From Candidatus Saccharimonadota bacterium (GTDB lineage: Bacteria; Patescibacteriota; Saccharimonadia; Saccharimonadales; JACDBH01): DNA of 24,000 bases. Both the position numbers and the translations under genes were made by a program. The DNA lies in contig JAYTSU010000034.1 in assembly GCA_043745485.1 (NCBI GenBank), positions 21,944-45,943 of the forward strand. The letters are read 5' to 3'. This document shows, piece by piece, positions 5,824-13,984 of the stretch. The notes beneath the pieces are model-generated. The model saw only the letters and a list, made by a program, of their open reading frames with translations. It was not told where the DNA came from and searched no databases. The number at the start of each line of letters is the position of its first letter. Within the stretch, counting starts at the first letter, position 1.

Positions 5824-6381
5824 TTATTCCTCGTCTTCAATATCTTGGCCCGCAACAGGTGAGGTTGAAGCGCTAATTCCCTGCTCACGCAGGATTTCGA
5901 GCAACTCTTTTTGGATAAGGGCCGGCTTATGTACTTCGTGAATGGTCAAACTGCCTACAAAAGTTTGTATCATTATTGTACCAAACCCAAGCAATGTTTC
6001 TTGCATGCCAGCGATTTCATAATTTACCATCTGTATCTGGTTTAAGCCCAACCCCACCATACTACGGTGGAATAGGCCTTTTTGCGTAATCTGAATCAGC
6101 CGCTGGTTGGTAATGATGTAAACACTGAAGTGCCAGCTAATCCAAAACGGCAGGAATACAAGCCCTGACAAAATAAATCCGCCAGCCAGCCCGCCAAAAA
6201 ACCAGCTAAATTCAGGTTTAATGAGCGCGGGAACTGTACCGAGCAAAATAGCAAAACTGGCTATGACAAGCCCCTTACGCATCACAACCGGATGCTTGCG
6301 GAAGACTAATAAAACTTCTTCGTCTTCAAACTGCTCTTTAAAAAGCTTTTTTTCATTTGATGCGGTTGTGTTTTTTGTCAT
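5824..6381 (-). CDS. Bacterial PH-domain (bPH_2 / YdbT-like) membrane protein
   Basis: 185 aa with two TM helices followed by YIITNQRLIQITQKGLFHRSMVGLGLNQIQMVNYEIAG..GTIMIQT, the typical bPH_2 pattern. The C-terminal tail is acidic. Confidence 0.6.
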   Translation of the reverse strand: MTKNTTASNEKKLFKEQFEDEEVLLVFRKHPVVMRKGLVIASFAILLGTVPALIKPEFSWFFGGLAGGFILSGLVFLPFWISWHFSVYIITNQRLIQITQKGLFHRSMVGLGLNQIQMVNYEIAGMQETLLGFGTIMIQTFVGSLTIHEVHKPALIQKELLEILREQGISASTSPVAGQDIEDEE

Positions 6382-6433
6382 AGTTATTATCTCTAGTATA
6401 AAGCATAGGCTCTATAAGATATAGGCGTGTATA

Positions 6434-6508
6434 TGGTGCCCCCGCCGCGACTCGAACGCAGAGCTTTTCCTTAGGACGGAATTGTTTTATCCATTGAACT
6501 ACGGGGGC
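6434..6508 (-). tRNA. tRNA-Arg (anticodon CCT), CCA encoded
   Basis: Reverse complement: GCCCCCGTAGTTCAATGGATAAAACAATTCCGTCCTAAGGAAAAGCTCTGCGTTCGAGTCGCGGCGGGGGCACCA. The acceptor stem is GCCCCCG/CGGGGGC and the T-arm is CTGCG-TTCGAGT-CGCGG. The anticodon loop is GTCCTAA. G32 and an A-A at the top of the anticodon stem are slightly unusual. Confidence 0.75.
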
Positions 6509-6524
6509 GCTCCCCTATTCTACT

Positions 6525-7034
6525 CTATTTCTTGGATTTGGCTTGGGTGTAAACTTCGTGCACAGTTTTGTAGTCAAAAAGTTCGCTGTCAGAGAACCAG
6601 TGTGCTATTTCCTGCCTGGCCTCGTCGGCATCGCCAGAAGCATGGATAAGGTTTGGAATTCCAACGCCGTTGTCGTCTGCATACCCAAAGCTCATATGTG
6701 CGTAGTCGCCGCGGATTGTGCCCGGTAATGCTGCTTTTGGCTCTGTCGTGCCGACCATTTTCCGCACCAGGCTTACGGCTTCAACACCCTCAAGTACAGC
6801 GCATATAACTGGACCTTCCAGCATCATCGCAAGTGTTACGTCGAAGGCTTTTTGACCCCTTCTAGAAATCATCTTGCTGATGCCTTCGTAGTGATGGTGA
6901 AAATGCTCCTCTGACGGACGAACCATCTTAGCACCAACAATCTTAAGTCCGGCTTTTTCAAAGCGTGTTAGAATTTCGCCGACAATACCGCGTTGGACTG
7001 CATCCGGTTTGAAGATAATGAATGTTCGTTCCAT
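6525..7034 (-). CDS. ndk: Nucleoside-diphosphate kinase
   Basis: MERTFIIFKPDAVQRGIVGEILTRFEKAGLKIVGAKM...GTIRGDY...NLIHASGD are canonical NDK motifs. The active-site His lies in NLIHAS. Confidence 0.9.
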   Translation of the reverse strand: MERTFIIFKPDAVQRGIVGEILTRFEKAGLKIVGAKMVRPSEEHFHHHYEGISKMISRRGQKAFDVTLAMMLEGPVICAVLEGVEAVSLVRKMVGTTEPKAALPGTIRGDYAHMSFGYADDNGVGIPNLIHASGDADEARQEIAHWFSDSELFDYKTVHEVYTQAKSKK

Positions 7035-7118
7035 GAGTATTGGTTTCCTTTTAATTACTTCTTGCTAGTTTAGCAGAAAACACCTTAGCTTTACATCTCT
7101 TTGGTATCAGCTACACTA

Positions 7119-8045
7119 ATGTTTATGCTTGTAAGTAAACTAAAAACTGATTTTTTGGAATATCTGGAGATTGAGCAAAACCGCTCGCAAAAAACAATCC
7201 AAAACTATGATCATTATTTGACGCGTTTGCTTGACTTTGCTGGCGATGACTTGAAGCTCAGTGATATTGACCCTGAGCTCCTACGCAAGTGGCGTCTGTG
7301 GCTCAACCGCCTTGGAACCAACGTCAGCGACGAGCTACAAAAGAACACGCAGAACTACCACCTGATTGCCCTCAGAAGCTTTTTAAAATACTGCACTAAA
7401 CGTGATATTGCCTGCATGAGTGCGGATAAAGTGGAACTAGCCAAGACCGTGCGTAAGCAAGTGACTTTCTTAAATCCAGAAGAGCTGGCTCGGCTGTTTG
7501 AATCGCCGGATACTAACACCCTTGCAGGGCTGCGCGACCGGGCAATTTTGGAGCTGCTATTCAGCTCTGGCCTGCGTGTATCAGAGCTGGTGGGACTAGA
7601 CAAAGACCACATCAATCTGAAGCGAAAAGAATTTACAGTGCGCGGCAAAGGTCAAAAAGATCGGCCTATATTTATAAGTGATGCCGCAGCCGACTGCATT
7701 GAGAAGTATGTTGCAGGTCGTAAAGATAACACTAAGCCTTTATTTGTACGCTATAGTGGTAATAAACAGATACGGCTCGATGGCAACTTCTACCGCTTAA
7801 CCGCACGGAGTGTTCAGCGCTTAGTAGCGCGACATGCCCTGCTAGCAGGCATTACCAAGCACGTTAGCCCGCACACGCTGCGACACAGTTTTGCGACCGA
7901 TCTCCTCATGAATGGGGCCGACATCCGTAGCGTGCAAGCCATGCTTGGCCACAGCAACATAGCAACTACCCAGATATATACCCATGTGACTGATCCCCAC
8001 CTTAAAGAAATCCATACAAAGTTTCACGACAAGCAACCAGACTAG
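7119..8045 (+). CDS. xerC: Tyrosine site-specific recombinase, XerC/XerD family
   Basis: The C-terminus HTLRHSFATDLLMNGADIRSVQAMLGHSNIATTQIYTHV carries the R..H-x-x-R..Y catalytic signature. The N-terminus is a SAM-like core-binding domain. I cannot separate XerC from XerD. A -35 TTTACA and -10 TACACT (7112..7117) lie 7 nt upstream of the second ATG (7125), so 7125 may be the real leaderless start. The tracked TTG at 7101 is unlikely. Confidence 0.85.
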   Translation: MFMLVSKLKTDFLEYLEIEQNRSQKTIQNYDHYLTRLLDFAGDDLKLSDIDPELLRKWRLWLNRLGTNVSDELQKNTQNYHLIALRSFLKYCTKRDIACMSADKVELAKTVRKQVTFLNPEELARLFESPDTNTLAGLRDRAILELLFSSGLRVSELVGLDKDHINLKRKEFTVRGKGQKDRPIFISDAAADCIEKYVAGRKDNTKPLFVRYSGNKQIRLDGNFYRLTARSVQRLVARHALLAGITKHVSPHTLRHSFATDLLMNGADIRSVQAMLGHSNIATTQIYTHVTDPHLKEIHTKFHDKQPD

Positions 8046-8051
8046 TAAAAC

Positions 8052-9146
8052 CTAGTCTATTAAACACGACCGCTCGGCACCGGCTGGTATACCAGAAGTG
8101 TCAACGGTAGTTGTTGGACCGACTGCCAAAAGCTTACAAACCGAATCAGCTGACTGCAACACGGTGCTACTCACAAATCCGGTTGGCTTAAGCGGCAAAC
8201 GTACTTGCACACGCCTAAAAACGTCATTTGCTCTACCTGTTACATCAACAACTGCCTGACCGTCCTTGAGGCTAACTTTAGTATTGGTCGTGTCCTTAAC
8301 ATCGGCAACATCTGCCTGTACTACGTTATATATTGCTTGCAGACGCAGCATGTAGCGCTTGCTTATGCCAGCACCCGTCAAAGTGATATCAAGCTTGCAG
8401 CGGAGGTTCGTAGGAGTGGGTGACGTATCACATGTTACTAGGTCTACGCTGCCCTGAGCTGCTGGGCCTGGGCTGTAGGATTTTGAAACTATACCAGCAT
8501 TGTCGGATGTAGGATATAAGAACATTGAGTATGAATTTGCAACGAGTGTTGCACGGTCAAGTGCGCCGTCAACAACAGGTACTACATCCATGCGGAGCAT
8601 ACCGACCTTTGTACCCCATGCTGCCCGTGGCGTTAAGCTTGGCACATTGCTGTTAGGCAACAGGTCGCCTTGAGTGGGTGAATCCCAATAAACCGAAAAT
8701 TTATCAAAGGGGTTACCAGACAATGAAGCCAATGTGACTGTTTTTGCGACACTAGCACCTTCTATACCAATGGAGCTAAAGCGGACATCGCTTGGGTTTG
8801 AGTTAATAAGCACACAACTATAACCCACGCTTAAAGCAGAGTCGTAATTATAGTTAAAACTACTCCCAGCATCTTGACCTTCGCACGTACTCTTATTATA
8901 TGTAGTCCCAGCTAACGCGGCAGCGGTAAGTGCCGTTTTGGCATCATTAATACCAGATTCCGCCGCGTAAAAAGCTTGGGTATTTAGTTGGTCATCCAGC
9001 GTGCGACGCTGAGCCTGGCGAGTGATATTAGAAAATCCCACCAGCACCAGGGTTAAGATGGACATGATGATGATAACAGAGAAGATAGATACAAAACCTT
9101 TGTCGTTATGTCTGCTTTTTATAATCAGCCGTTTCATACTACCCAT
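8052..9146 (-). CDS. PilX-N-domain-like pilus-associated protein (pseudopilin without Glu5)
   Basis: 364 aa. The N-terminus KGFVSIFSVIIIMSILTLVLVGFSNITRQAQRRTLDDQLNTQAFYAAESGINDA resembles the PilX N-terminal domain. It is the last gene of the minor-pilin block and overlaps the upstream stop by 1 nt. Confidence 0.6.
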   Translation of the reverse strand: MGSMKRLIIKSRHNDKGFVSIFSVIIIMSILTLVLVGFSNITRQAQRRTLDDQLNTQAFYAAESGINDAKTALTAAALAGTTYNKSTCEGQDAGSSFNYNYDSALSVGYSCVLINSNPSDVRFSSIGIEGASVAKTVTLASLSGNPFDKFSVYWDSPTQGDLLPNSNVPSLTPRAAWGTKVGMLRMDVVPVVDGALDRATLVANSYSMFLYPTSDNAGIVSKSYSPGPAAQGSVDLVTCDTSPTPTNLRCKLDITLTGAGISKRYMLRLQAIYNVVQADVADVKDTTNTKVSLKDGQAVVDVTGRANDVFRRVQVRLPLKPTGFVSSTVLQSADSVCKLLAVGPTTTVDTSGIPAGAERSCLID

Positions 9147-9829
9147 TATAACCGCCTTGTAACATAAGTAGTAATAGGAGATGTTGCACAGAACTGACCA
9201 CCAGTATTATTGGCAGTGCATTGGTAATAATTGGCAGATCCATCACCATTCTTAGAAAAGACATCGTCTGTTGCGCCATAAGCTACACCAATGTCTACTT
9301 TCCACGAATTACTTGGAGGCACTGGTGCCGTGATAGCAAATGCAGTTAGCCGCATGCTAGTACCGAGCAGTTCTTGGCCATTGATACCGCCAGGATTATT
9401 ACTTGTTATATCTTGCGGTGTGCATGGGCCACCAGCTCCTAGTCTGTCTTTCCACAGAATATGTGGCAGCTGGTCACTAGCGTTACTCCCTACAGATTTA
9501 CTCCGTAAAAAGTATGAATACCGAATATCTCCTATACATTGTGATTGTACAACGACACTTCCGTAGGATGCTGAACCCGCTACATTAAAACTCGGTTCAT
9601 TGGGCCCACCACCAAATTGTATTGCCTGGCTAATGTCGTCCACGACCCTGCGTGAGATAGCTTGGGTCTTGTTTATAACTGTGCCTTTATAGAATACCCT
9701 TCCGACCTGTACAATAGCCGTTGCACACAGCAGCAGAACTACCGAGAATACGGCAGTAGATATAAGCAGTTCAATGATAGTAAATCCACCATATGATTGT
9801 TTATTATCTCTAAATCGGAATAATTTCAT
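9146..9829 (-). CDS. Prepilin-type N-terminal cleavage/methylation domain protein (minor pilin, PilW-like position)
   Basis: MKLFRFRDNKQSYGG|FTIIELLISTAVFSVVLLL shows the class III signal G|FTxxE with Glu at +5. An ATGA overlap couples it to the upstream gene. Confidence 0.8.
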   Translation of the reverse strand: MKLFRFRDNKQSYGGFTIIELLISTAVFSVVLLLCATAIVQVGRVFYKGTVINKTQAISRRVVDDISQAIQFGGGPNEPSFNVAGSASYGSVVVQSQCIGDIRYSYFLRSKSVGSNASDQLPHILWKDRLGAGGPCTPQDITSNNPGGINGQELLGTSMRLTAFAITAPVPPSNSWKVDIGVAYGATDDVFSKNGDGSANYYQCTANNTGGQFCATSPITTYVTRRL

Positions 9830-10290
9830 ATTCTGTAAGCCATAATTATTTGGTTACGCGGCTGCCCCCTAAGCGCATCCCAGCGTACATAAAAGTGATA
9901 GCTGTTTAAGCCGTCATGAGTAATTGCGTAGTGATACAAGTTGTCGGCGCTTTTACAAATGCCATAATCCGTATAGACGTCGAGCGCAATGTTAGCATGG
10001 GGGCTGCCCCCTCCTATCGTCGTCACAGTCGTACCATTATTAGACAGGCAGAATGAGCTTGGTGAACTGGGTATAGCAACAGACTCCGTTTCTATAGCTG
10101 CGCGGAGCGCTTCAATCTGACCTTGGGCCCATTTACTTGCCTCAGTGCGTTCCTGGTTTTCACGGGTGATATTTAAGTTTCTATTCATGGTCGAAAGCGA
10201 AATTCCAAGGACGCTACTTGCAACCGTCATAGCAATCAAGACCTCTATAATGGTGTCGCCGTGCTGATTTTTATTCAGAATCTTACCCAC
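9826..10290 (-). CDS. Prepilin-type minor pilin with an atypical +1 residue
   Basis: (M)GKILNKNQHG|DTIIEVLIAMTVASSVLG has Glu at +5 but Asp at +1. I chose the GTG start at 10290, which gives an 8-nt overlap with the upstream gene. The tracked start at 10353 would overlap by 71 nt; the ATG at 10323 is an alternative. Confidence 0.65.
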   Translation of the reverse strand: MGKILNKNQHGDTIIEVLIAMTVASSVLGISLSTMNRNLNITRENQERTEASKWAQGQIEALRAAIETESVAIPSSPSSFCLSNNGTTVTTIGGGSPHANIALDVYTDYGICKSADNLYHYAITHDGLNSYHFYVRWDALRGQPRNQIIMAYRI

Positions 10291-11083
10291 AGTCGCTCCC
10301 CACGCCCGAATCAATAAGCACATTTGTGTCCACACTATTGTTGCCTGCGCCAATAGTTATCTCCGACTTCTTACCATTGCCTCCAAGCATACACAGTCGT
10401 ACACCACCTTGAATCTGCACCAACGAATTAGGTAAAAAGGGATTAGGTAAAACTAATGAATCAACGGTTGCATTCGTGGCAGCATTTCCTGGAATACCAT
10501 ACAGTAGCACTCCGTGGCTACCATTTGCCGTATTTGTTGATGTCGGACCACCTCCAAGTTCAACGATAAACGCCAGCGCATTATACGATGTAACGCCATC
10601 AGCAATGGAAATTGCACTTTGCAGTCGAAGATCATATAAGTAGTTGTATTTTTCGGTCACGTTGACAGTACCATTTGCAACTACTACTGGTGATGCTTCA
10701 GTTAAATCCTTTACATCTGTGTTTAATAAGCCAAAGTATTGTCGGCCTACCAACGTAATAATATCGGCATTTGTAGCCTTAAGATTAACAATCTTACCTA
10801 AAAATATGCAGCCAGCATTAGCTCCGGGTGTTTTTGCTGACCCATCAACTTTTACCGAAGTCCCAAATGGTAAGCAGTTAAATCCATTCGGATAGAACCC
10901 ATTAGCAACATCGCTCGTAACGTTTTGAAATCTGGCTTCTAACGCGCGTATCGACTGATTGTTTTCATTTTGAGCTTGTTTACCGCTTAAAAGCAGTGCG
11001 GACGAAAGAAAAAGAGCACCAGTAACAGCCAGTACAATCATTACCTCAATAATAGTATAGCCAGCAGATGAGTGGCGTTTCAT
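10283..11083 (-). CDS. Prepilin-type minor pilin (266 aa)
   Basis: MKRHSSAG|YTIIEVMIVLAVTGALFL shows G|YTIIE with Glu at +5. It is the first gene after a TGcTATACT promoter and has leaderless-type spacing. Confidence 0.8.
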   Translation of the reverse strand: MKRHSSAGYTIIEVMIVLAVTGALFLSSALLLSGKQAQNENNQSIRALEARFQNVTSDVANGFYPNGFNCLPFGTSVKVDGSAKTPGANAGCIFLGKIVNLKATNADIITLVGRQYFGLLNTDVKDLTEASPVVVANGTVNVTEKYNYLYDLRLQSAISIADGVTSYNALAFIVELGGGPTSTNTANGSHGVLLYGIPGNAATNATVDSLVLPNPFLPNSLVQIQGGVRLCMLGGNGKKSEITIGAGNNSVDTNVLIDSGVGSDCG

Positions 11084-11090
11084 ACCTGTT

Positions 11091-11099
11091 AGTATAGCA
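11091..11099 (-). promoter_or_regulatory. Extended -10 promoter (TGCTATACT) of the minor-pilin operon
   Basis: The minus strand reads ACGCTTATGCTATACTaacaggtATG, with the -10 box 7 nt from the ATG at 11083. The same ACGCTTATGCTATA-T string precedes pilM. Confidence 0.5.
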
Positions 11100-11108
11100 T
11101 AAGCGTAA

Positions 11109-11193
11109 CCCCCACAAGCATAGCTTGCGGGGACCCCTTTTGAGAATTTTATACGGCTGCGTGCTATACACTTCAGTTACAGTCTCTTTCGTT
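11109..11193 (-). repeat. Copy C of the approximately 85-nt structured element (AACGAAAGAGACTGTAAC ... GGGGTCCCC hairpin)
   Basis: It lies in the 162-nt gap between pilD and the minor pilins, in the same orientation as the operon. The hairpin CCCCGCAAGC/GCTTGTGGGG lies at 11109..11132. The first 18 nt match copy A at 16/18 positions. Confidence 0.6.
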
Positions 11194-11245
11194 CGACGCA
11201 TGACCGGTAATAGCCGAATCATCCTAGATCATGGCGAGTGGGCTT

Positions 11246-12118
11246 TTAGTATAAGAGGAATTTTTTGCGGTACCAGGCCGCAATACTTGCGCCGAAAAGC
11301 TTGACGATGATTGTCGCTACTATTAAGAACGGTCCAAATGGGATGTGGCTTTTGGTTGTTATTTTTTTACTCCAAAGCCCTGGTAAAATAACTACTGTTC
11401 CGATTAAAGAGGCAAAAAACAGTACCAAAAATGATTGCAGCGGCACTGCAATGATAAAGCCAGCTATTATTCCATACTTCACGTCTCCACCACCTATCCA
11501 CTTGCCCTTTGAGACCTGGAACAATGCCCAGAAAAGCCCAGCCGCGATTAACAAGCTGATAACAGTATCTTTAAACCCATGTAGCCCACTGTGAAAAACC
11601 GTGATGTTAACAACTGCAGTGATTGCACTGACAATAATGAGCGGATATGTAATGCGGTTGGGTAGCAGTAGCCACCGAAGGTCGTAAATAAGCAAAGCCA
11701 TGAATCCAACCAATAGGATGCACCACATAACAAAGTTGAAAGTGCCCATTGCATTGAAGTTATATGGCCAATATACATACGAAGCAACAAATAGTCCTGC
11801 TGTAAGCAGCTCAACTAATGGATACTGCTTGGATATGGGTTTATGACAATAGCGACACTTGCCCCCTAGCCCCAGCCAACTTAAGAGTGGTATAAGATCG
11901 CCAGCGTGCAGCGTATGATGACATTCAGGGCACATGCTACGCCCTTTTATGATGGACAAGTCTGCGCTTTTGAATGTAGCTCTCTTCTCAGTTGTTTTCT
12001 TATTGTGTTTTGGATGGTCTTGTTCATGTATACGCCAAACTAAAGCATTTACGAAGCTACCAAAACATACACCAAGAAGTATTAGTATTGTAATGACCAT
12101 TACCATGTATGGTATCAC
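11246..12118 (-). CDS. pilD: Prepilin peptidase / N-methyltransferase (A24 family)
   Basis: It has the Cys cluster CPECHHTL..GGKCRYCHKPIS and YPLVELLT. The two catalytic Asp regions are LIYDLRWLLLP and GGGDVKY, and the C-terminal motif is IPFGPFL. The start is GTG at 12118; the ATG at 12106 is an alternative. Confidence 0.9.
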   Translation of the reverse strand: MIPYMVMVITILILLGVCFGSFVNALVWRIHEQDHPKHNKKTTEKRATFKSADLSIIKGRSMCPECHHTLHAGDLIPLLSWLGLGGKCRYCHKPISKQYPLVELLTAGLFVASYVYWPYNFNAMGTFNFVMWCILLVGFMALLIYDLRWLLLPNRITYPLIIVSAITAVVNITVFHSGLHGFKDTVISLLIAAGLFWALFQVSKGKWIGGGDVKYGIIAGFIIAVPLQSFLVLFFASLIGTVVILPGLWSKKITTKSHIPFGPFLIVATIIVKLFGASIAAWYRKKFLLY

Positions 12119-12152
12119 AAAAAAGGAGCCCCCTTACAGGGACCCCTTTTTT
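12119..12152 (-). terminator. Bidirectional-type intrinsic terminator/attenuator between pilA and pilD
   Basis: The minus strand reads AAAAAA-GGGGTCCC-TGTAAG-GGGGCTCC-TTTTTT. This is an 8-bp GC-rich stem (two G-U pairs) flanked by A6 and T6. Confidence 0.6.
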
Positions 12153-12168
12153 CTTATTGATCGCTATT

Positions 12169-12648
12169 TTATGACTCTTGGCACTGTGCAACTTTTGCAC
12201 CACCACTACCTTCAATATCAAATACCGCAACTATACTACGAGCGGTTGCTCCAGTGACGACCGCAGCGTTATTTACGCATTTTGCGTAATTTGCTACTAC
12301 AATCTTGTCTAGATCAGCAGGATCAGCAACTATAGTTGCAGCAACTTGTTTTACGAATGTAACGTTTGCAGCGGTTTGATAGTAAGCAAGCGTAGGATTT
12401 GCGTTAGCAAATACTGTACTGAATACACCAGAAGCTGGCAGAGAACCATTATTGTTATTTGAATATTCAGTTACTGCACCGAGAATAGAACTAATATCTG
12501 ATCTTCGTTGTGTATTGCGAGAGTTACGCTGCAATGCAGGAACTGCCAAGAACACGATTAACATAATCAAACCGGCGATTGCCAAAACAATCAAGACTTC
12601 AATAATAGTGAAGCCTTCTTCTCTTTTACTTTTAAAGTTGCCCACCAT
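12169..12648 (-). CDS. pilA: Major type IV pilin (PilA-like)
   Basis: MVGNFKSKREEG|FTIIEVLIVLAIAGLIMLIVFLAVPALQRNSRNTQRRSD shows the classic class III signal. The C-terminal Cys pair (AKC...AQC) is consistent with a D-region disulfide. The internal ATG at 12648 has an AAGGGG SD 9 nt upstream, so the tracked start at 12723 was rejected. Confidence 0.85.
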   Translation of the reverse strand: MVGNFKSKREEGFTIIEVLIVLAIAGLIMLIVFLAVPALQRNSRNTQRRSDISSILGAVTEYSNNNNGSLPASGVFSTVFANANPTLAYYQTAANVTFVKQVAATIVADPADLDKIVVANYAKCVNNAAVVTGATARSIVAVFDIEGSGGAKVAQCQES

Positions 12649-12694
12649 CGTTGTTTTCCCCTTTCGGTTTGAGGATATTAATTTGTATATTCCG

Positions 12695-12723
12695 ATAATA
12701 CCGTTAATTCTTAAAAAGCACAA
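12695..12723 (-). promoter_or_regulatory. Candidate pilA promoter
   Basis: On the minus strand: TTGTGC (12718..12723), a 17-nt spacer, then TATTAT (12695..12700). This would give an approximately 40-nt leader with an SD. Confidence 0.35.
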
Positions 12724-12754
12724 GCGTTATACGACAGAGATGCTTCCCTGATGA

Positions 12755-13978
12755 TTAACGTATGTTCTGTGTTTGCCCTGCAAGACCATAAATTGGGAGT
12801 AAAATAGCGGCCACAAGGATGAAAGCCACAATTCCCAGAAGCACCATCATGACTGGCTCGATGATGGTCGAAATAGTCTTAATCTGTTCATCAACTTCTT
12901 TTTCATAATATTCAGCTACTTTTTCCATCATCTGTTCAATCTGACCAGATTGTTCACCAATCTTGAGCATGTTCGGGACTAGAACCAAGAAATTTGGATC
13001 TTTTTCTATAGCCGTAGATAAAGCCTTACCACCGCGAACTTTCTCGGCTGCCTTGTTGAGGGACCGTGCAATATGCACGTTATTAACCGCTCTGGACGTG
13101 ATATCAAGCACTTGGAGCAACGGGACACCGCTAGACACTAATGTTGTACCCGTACGAGCAAAGCGCGCCATATACATCTTCATGAATAGCGGGCCAATAG
13201 GCCAGCCTTTCATTTTGAGCTTATCTATAATTTCTTTACCGGGACCAGTGCGAGCCCACTTAGTTGTCATAAAGGTTAAGACTCCCATGACAATGAGCAC
13301 GAGCCACCAGTACTTGATGGTAAAGTGTGATATAGCTAACAAAAATATAGTGATGAATGGCAACTTTGCACCAGCGATACCTTTATAAATTCCCTCTACT
13401 TGCGGTAAGACTTTTACAATCATGAAGCCTACCACTGCCACCATCACGAGCAAGACGATAATCGGATATGCCATTGCCCCGCGCACTTTGCTGATAATTT
13501 CTGCGTCCTTTTCTTGCTGAAGAGCAACACGCTCCAAAGCCTTATCTAGCGTTCCAGATGCCTCACCTGCCGAAACCAAGCTCACGAACACTTGATTAAA
13601 TACCTTTGGATGTTTTTCTAATGATTTTGCAAACGCTCCACCCGCTTCAACATCACTAATAAGCTTGTTGATGACAATTTTTAAGGGCTTACTCTGCGTT
13701 TGGTCAGCAACACTGCGGAGGCTCTGAACCAACGGCAAACCAGCATTGATAAGTGTCGAGAGCTGACGAGCAAACAAAATTCTGTCTTTAGCTTTGACTT
13801 TGTTTAAGAGTTTGGAAACGGGGTTTGCACCACCAGCATCCTTGACAGTTATACTAAGAGGAGAAAGCCCTTCTTGTTGAATAAGCTTAGCTGCCGATTG
13901 TTCATTGTCTGCCTCAACCTCGGCCTTAACGAGCTGGCCGGTCCGAGAATCACGAGCTTCGTACTTAAAACTTAACAT
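12755..13978 (-). CDS. pilC: Type IV pilus platform protein PilC (T2SS-F family)
   Basis: 407 aa with the N-terminus MLSFKYEARDSRTGQLVKAEVEADNEQSAAKLIQQEGLSP. It has a duplicated T2SSF domain architecture and 3 TM segments. Confidence 0.9.
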   Translation of the reverse strand: MLSFKYEARDSRTGQLVKAEVEADNEQSAAKLIQQEGLSPLSITVKDAGGANPVSKLLNKVKAKDRILFARQLSTLINAGLPLVQSLRSVADQTQSKPLKIVINKLISDVEAGGAFAKSLEKHPKVFNQVFVSLVSAGEASGTLDKALERVALQQEKDAEIISKVRGAMAYPIIVLLVMVAVVGFMIVKVLPQVEGIYKGIAGAKLPFITIFLLAISHFTIKYWWLVLIVMGVLTFMTTKWARTGPGKEIIDKLKMKGWPIGPLFMKMYMARFARTGTTLVSSGVPLLQVLDITSRAVNNVHIARSLNKAAEKVRGGKALSTAIEKDPNFLVLVPNMLKIGEQSGQIEQMMEKVAEYYEKEVDEQIKTISTIIEPVMMVLLGIVAFILVAAILLPIYGLAGQTQNIR

Positions 13979-13984
13979 CTCAGC

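Noticed and set aside
7119-8045. XerC/D-family recombinase as the integrase of the tRNA-Asp islet or of a prophage.
   Set aside because: It is separated from the islet by housekeeping genes (PPIase, PH-domain protein, tRNA-Arg, ndk). It has a Xer-like length and motifs, and no phage or excisionase genes are nearby. It is most simply the chromosomal dimer-resolution recombinase; a role at the repeats remains untested speculation.
11097-11104. GCATAAGC 8-mer enrichment in intergenic DNA (3614, 4252, 4637, 11097, 19590) as one common regulator-binding site.
   Set aside because: At 11097 and 19590 it is explained as the reverse complement of the TRTG-type extended -10 (GCTTATGC-TATAAT) of minus-strand promoters. 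At the three islet junctions no -10 box follows it, so these are probably two unrelated contexts. The islet copies are reported only as part of the junction motif.
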